Assembly (NCBI GenBank): GCA_030018415.1
Contig: JASEGC010000001.1
Location: 323,067 to 387,066 of the forward strand
From: Candidatus Aenigmatarchaeota archaeon
GTDB taxonomy: Archaea > Aenigmatarchaeota > Aenigmatarchaeia > CG10238-14
Reading direction: 5' to 3'
Length of the DNA: 64,000 bases
Every line of letters begins with the position of its first letter. The stretch's first letter is position 1. The translations under genes were made by a program, and so were the position numbers. Below, in pieces: positions 60,811 through 64,000 of this stretch. Under the pieces are notes generated by a model that was not told the DNA's origin, made no database searches, and was given only the letters and a program-made list of their open reading frames with translations.

Positions 60811-61280
60811 TATTTCACCTTCTTAGCAGGCATGACTTTCTTCCTAACGACACCGACACTCCTTCCTTTCCTGAAAGAGCTTCTTGTTCTTTGTCCCCTT
60901 ACAGGCAAACCAAACATGTGTCTGATACCTTTGTACGATTTTATTTTTATCATCCTTTTTATGTCCTGTTCTTGCATGAACTTTAGGTCCGAACCCGATA
61001 CATGTCTATCATCTCCAGATTCTATATCTCTTCTCCTGTTCAACATCCATTGAGGTATGCCAAATTTTGCTGGGTTTTCTATCGTTTCTTCTATTTTCTT
61101 TATCTCAGAAGCAGTCAGTGTACCTACCTTTCTGTTGCGGTCAAAGTTATGGGTTAGACAAACAGCGTTAGCCATAGCATTTCCCACACCCTTTATTCGC
61201 AAGAGAGAGGGGAATAACTGTTTCTCACCTTTAATATCCACGCCTGCAATTCTCACAATTCCTTTAATTTCCTCTGGCAT
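60810..61280 (-). CDS. rps13: 30S ribosomal protein S13 (uS13)
   Basis: 'VRIAGVDIKGEKQLFPSLLRIKGVGNAMANAVC...YKGIRHMFGLPVRGQRTRS'. Confidence 0.95.
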   Translation of the reverse strand: MPEEIKGIVRIAGVDIKGEKQLFPSLLRIKGVGNAMANAVCLTHNFDRNRKVGTLTASEIKKIEETIENPAKFGIPQWMLNRRRDIESGDDRHVSGSDLKFMQEQDIKRMIKIKSYKGIRHMFGLPVRGQRTRSSFRKGRSVGVVRKKVMPAKKVK

Positions 61281-61326
61281 ACGATCAACATTATTTTAAT
61301 GTAAAAGTTTTTAAAACTTCTTAAAA

Positions 61327-61440
61327 TGGACCGGCAGGGATTTGAACCCTGAGCCTCTTCATTGCAGCTTGAAGCTCATGCCTTTTCCGCTGAACTAAGG
61401 AAGCGATCTTGGCATCATTCTACCATTGATCTACCGGCCC
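61327..61440 (-). tRNA. tRNA-Ala (anticodon UGC) with two predicted non-canonical introns (12 nt in D arm; 30 nt at about 33/34)
   Basis: Acceptor GGGCCGG/CCGGTCC with G3:U70 wobble (Ala identity element) and discriminator A; T arm CAGGG-TTCAAAT-CCCTG. Removing 'ATGATGCCAAGA' restores D arm GATC-AATGGTA-GATC. Removing 'AGTTCAGCGGAAAAGGCATGAGCTTCAAGC' gives anticodon arm CTTCC-TTTGCAA-TGAAG and variable loop AGGCT, for a 72-nt mature tRNA. Exact splice positions ambiguous. Confidence 0.55.
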
Positions 61441-61583
61441 AAAACGTTTAATAATTAATGATATCGTTAATAGTTTCTTTTAATATGTAGATTTGGCGTG
61501 AAATATTTTTACTCGTTTATCATGAGTTTTGCCATGTTTTGATTTTAAACATCGCTAAAGACTTCGATTTTGTCCCAAGACCA

Positions 61584-61760
61584 TTACTCTTTTTTTTCAG
61601 AGAATTTAACCCATTTCACCTTCTTTGGATCTCTGCCCATTTTCCAATTTTTTTCACATTTTTTTGAACAAAAATATCTAATAGTGCCTGATTTGAGAAC
61701 TAACATTTTTCCTCTACCTGGACTTAACCTCCCTCCACAAAAGGAACACCTCAAAATCAT
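61584..61760 (-). CDS. rpl24e: 50S ribosomal protein L24e (eL24)
   Basis: 58-aa ORF absent from the ORF track: '[58 protein letters not shown]'; zinc-ribbon C-x2-C...C-x3-C; its ATG overlaps the S28e TGA (ATGA). Confidence 0.8.
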   Translation of the reverse strand: MILRCSFCGGRLSPGRGKMLVLKSGTIRYFCSKKCEKNWKMGRDPKKVKWVKFSEKKE

Positions 61761-61966
61761 CTACCTTCCATCTTACCTGCAGCTTCCATTTCAGTCTCTC
61801 TTAACATCAGTATATCTCCTTGTCTTATTGGTCCGAAGACATTCCTTATCAGTATTTTTCCCCTGTCAACACCATCTAAAACTCTACACCTTACTCGCAT
61901 CACTCCTCTTACACCTGTTCTACCTAACAATTGAACAACTTCTGCTGGTACTGCTTCCTCCGGCAT
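61757..61966 (-). CDS. rps28e: 30S ribosomal protein S28e (eS28)
   Basis: '[55 protein letters not shown]'. Confidence 0.9.
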   Translation of the reverse strand: MPEEAVPAEVVQLLGRTGVRGVMRVRCRVLDGVDRGKILIRNVFGPIRQGDILMLRETEMEAAGKMEGR

Positions 61967-61970
61967 CCTA

Positions 61971-62327
61971 TCACTTCATCGTTTTTATTTTTCTGATGAT
62001 ATCCTCGACTAAATCCTTGGCTTCTCCCGGTTCGACGACACAAGCCGAGGCCGTGCTTACGTTGATACCGACAGCTCTACCTAATTCTTCTTTAGATGGG
62101 ACATAGACATAATCACACTTTTTCTCTTCACAGAGGATTGGTAAATGCATAACAATCTCTTTAGGTTCTACATCCTTCGCGATAACAACCAATTTTGCCA
62201 CTCCTCTTTCGATAGCTTTAGTAGTTTCATTAGTTCCTTTCTTTATTTTTCCGGTATTCTTAGCTATTTCTATGGCTTGCAAAACTTTATCGATCAAATC
62301 TTTGGGTATCTCAAACTCAGTCATCAA
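61971..62327 (-). CDS. rpl7ae: 50S ribosomal protein L7Ae (K-turn binding)
   Basis: '[60 protein letters not shown]'. Confidence 0.9.
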   Translation of the reverse strand: MMTEFEIPKDLIDKVLQAIEIAKNTGKIKKGTNETTKAIERGVAKLVVIAKDVEPKEIVMHLPILCEEKKCDYVYVPSKEELGRAVGINVSTASACVVEPGEAKDLVEDIIRKIKTMK

Positions 62328-62397
62328 ATTTCACCTCCTCTAAAGGATCGATCTTCATCACCCGATAAACAAAACAAGTATTTAATATTTATAAATT

Positions 62398-64000
62398 TTA
62401 CCTGTGTGTGAAATAGAGGACTAGTCTTGGTTTTGTCTGATCAATCCTGGTAAATCCTATTCTTATTAGCTGTATCCTATCATCAACTTTAAGTTTTTTA
62501 ATTTCAGGTTCTGCTACACATTCTTTCACACTACCGTCAGACATGACAATTTTTATCGGAACATTCTCTTCAGAAACCCATTGTATCTTCGGCATTTTCA
62601 TCACAAGTTTTTTGGATGTAAATTTCGCCTTTCTATCGAGCTTGACGTTAAACAAACCAATCAGACGAATTTCCTTCCCTTTAAATTTGTCAAAATCTTC
62701 TCTCGAGATTAAAATCTTGTTGAGGTTAACTGGTATCTCTCTAAAACCCCTTTTTGGGAAATCAGGATGCAGATGAACTTTAACTTTGTCTATCTCAGGG
62801 GCATCAATGATTTTAATCTCTTCAGGATTAAAAACAGCAAAGTATCTGTTGCATTTTGAATCGATGACACTCCTGTTGAAACTTTCTAATACATCCCAAG
62901 TTAACATGGATTCTGTTTTAGTAACACCAGTCGATATCAAGAATTCTTTTATCCCTTCTGGGTCAAAACCTCTTTTTTTCAAGGCTATCAATGTAGTCAA
63001 CCTAGGGTCATCCCATCCCGTCAGTTCTTTACTCCGGATCATTTCTCTGATTTGTCTACCAGAAGACGGAACGCCTTCCAAGTTGAACCTTGCCATTTCG
63101 GTTATGTAAGTAATTTTTAGACCAACAGCTTTTTGAATGAATTGTTGTAATTCCTTTCTCATCTCGAATTCCTTTGACCTGACTCTATGTGTCACGCCTT
63201 CCCAACCATCAATTAATGCTGTAGCAAAATCGTACATCGGCCAAACTCTGTATTTGTTTATAGTCCTGGGATGTGGATGATCTATAATCCTCATGATACT
63301 TGGATCTCTCATCGCAGCATTCTTATGGTCCATTGAAATTTTTATCCTGACAGAAGCCTCACCTTCTTTGAAGGTTGTGAACATTTTTTTCCACAGTTCG
63401 AAGTTTTTTTCAACAGGATTATTCCTGCATTTACACTCGATCATGAACCTTCTATTTTTTTTGATTTCACTCTGTTCACATACACAAACGTAAGCCTTGT
63501 TTTCCTTAATCAACTTTTCAGTAGCTTTGTAGAATTCTTCGAGATGATCAGAAGTATAATCTAACTTATCCCATTTTATGCCCAACCATTTTAGACCATT
63601 GATGATTGCATCATAGTATTCATTTTTAACTAATTTTGGGTTTGTATCCTCGAATCGGGTGATAAACTTGCCTTTATACTTCTTAGCATACAGATAGTTG
63701 ACTAACGCAGCCTTTGCATGGCCGAGATGCGGATATTTGCTGGGTTCAGGTGGAAATACAGTCACGACTTTACCAATTTTAGCATTCGGCAAATCTGGTA
63801 GTTCTTTTTTCTCTTCAACTTTTTTTTCAACAGTAACTCCAATTTTTTTAATCTCATTTTGTTGTCTTTCTTTATTCCAAGAGTTTACTTCAGTAACAGT
63901 TTTTTTAATTTCAGGAATTAGTTCCTTAATTTTATTCCTAAACTCTGGTTTCTCAGCAACAATCTTTCCTAGAACTGCCTGTACGTCAGCTTTGCCATCA
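62398..64000 (-). CDS. gltX: Glutamyl-tRNA synthetase, archaeal/eukaryotic type (5' end beyond window edge)
   Basis: HIGH motif 'PHLGHAKAA', 'RFEDTNP', C-terminal anticodon-binding beta-barrels; the reading frame stays open upstream of the annotated Met through 64000 ('...NEIKKIGVTVEKKVEEKKELPDLPNAKIG'), matching the archaeal GluRS N-terminal extension. Confidence 0.8.
   Translation of the reverse strand, partial: DGKADVQAVLGKIVAEKPEFRNKIKELIPEIKKTVTEVNSWNKERQQNEIKKIGVTVEKKVEEKKELPDLPNAKIGKVVTVFPPEPSKYPHLGHAKAALVNYLYAKKYKGKFITRFEDTNPKLVKNEYYDAIINGLKWLGIKWDKLDYTSDHLEEFYKATEKLIKENKAYVCVCEQSEIKKNRRFMIECKCRNNPVEKNFELWKKMFTTFKEGEASVRIKISMDHKNAAMRDPSIMRIIDHPHPRTINKYRVWPMYDFATALIDGWEGVTHRVRSKEFEMRKELQQFIQKAVGLKITYITEMARFNLEGVPSSGRQIREMIRSKELTGWDDPRLTTLIALKKRGFDPEGIKEFLISTGVTKTESMLTWDVLESFNRSVIDSKCNRYFAVFNPEEIKIIDAPEIDKVKVHLHPDFPKRGFREIPVNLNKILISREDFDKFKGKEIRLIGLFNVKLDRKAKFTSKKLVMKMPKIQWVSEENVPIKIVMSDGSVKECVAEPEIKKLKVDDRIQLIRIGFTRIDQTKPRLVLYFTHR

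Noticed and set aside
61570-62106. 178-aa plus-strand ORF
   Set aside because: Lies entirely antisense to the well-supported L24e, S28e and L7Ae genes; low-complexity Leu/Phe/Ser-rich translation typical of antisense reading of AT-rich coding DNA
1-64000. CRISPR arrays or rRNA genes
   Set aside because: No regularly spaced direct repeats and no rRNA-like GC-rich blocks. The only tandem repeat is the 2-copy 64-bp duplication at 21389-21516

Overview
AT-rich (about 30% GC) archaeal chromosomal window with eukaryote-like information-processing genes (archaeal histone, RPA, RadA, Pelota, L7Ae, S28e, L24e, S4/S11/S13-RpoD operon, archaeal-type GluRS). Intron-containing tRNAs and three IS elements point to a DPANN-like or otherwise small-genome archaeon. 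Positions 1-33.8 kb form one large cell-surface glycosylation island anchored by an AglB/STT3 oligosaccharyltransferase (31616-33811). The island holds multiple GT2 and GT4 glycosyltransferases, an Alg14/Alg13-like pair, a Wzx-like flippase, four or five large polytopic GT-C-like membrane proteins, an NAD-dependent sugar epimerase/dehydratase, an AsnB-type amidotransferase and four SAM methyltransferases. Most unusually, it carries three paralogous cobalamin-binding radical SAM enzymes; two of these belong to divergently arranged, paralogous rSAM/GT2 gene pairs. Mobile DNA and an internal duplication have damaged the island: an IS5-family element sits inside a GT4 gene, an IS4/IS701-like transposase is intact, another transposase carries an in-frame stop, and a 64-bp perfect tandem duplication truncates a methyltransferase. 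The remainder (33.9-64 kb) is core-genome-like: DNA repair and recombination (RadA, RPA, EndoQ-like PHP nuclease, Tag-like glycosylase), an MNT/HEPN toxin-antitoxin pair, a secreted/surface protein cluster, tRNA splicing endonuclease, archaemetzincin, ribosomal proteins, and four tRNAs. Two of the tRNAs are predicted to carry two introns each, including non-canonical positions (variable arm, D-arm, 33/34). A GC-rich 168-nt element with a perfect 7-bp terminal helix (50359-50526) is a candidate structured ncRNA of unresolved class. A free-standing double-motif LAGLIDADG-like protein is translationally coupled to a small winged-helix gene with a palindromic operator upstream.
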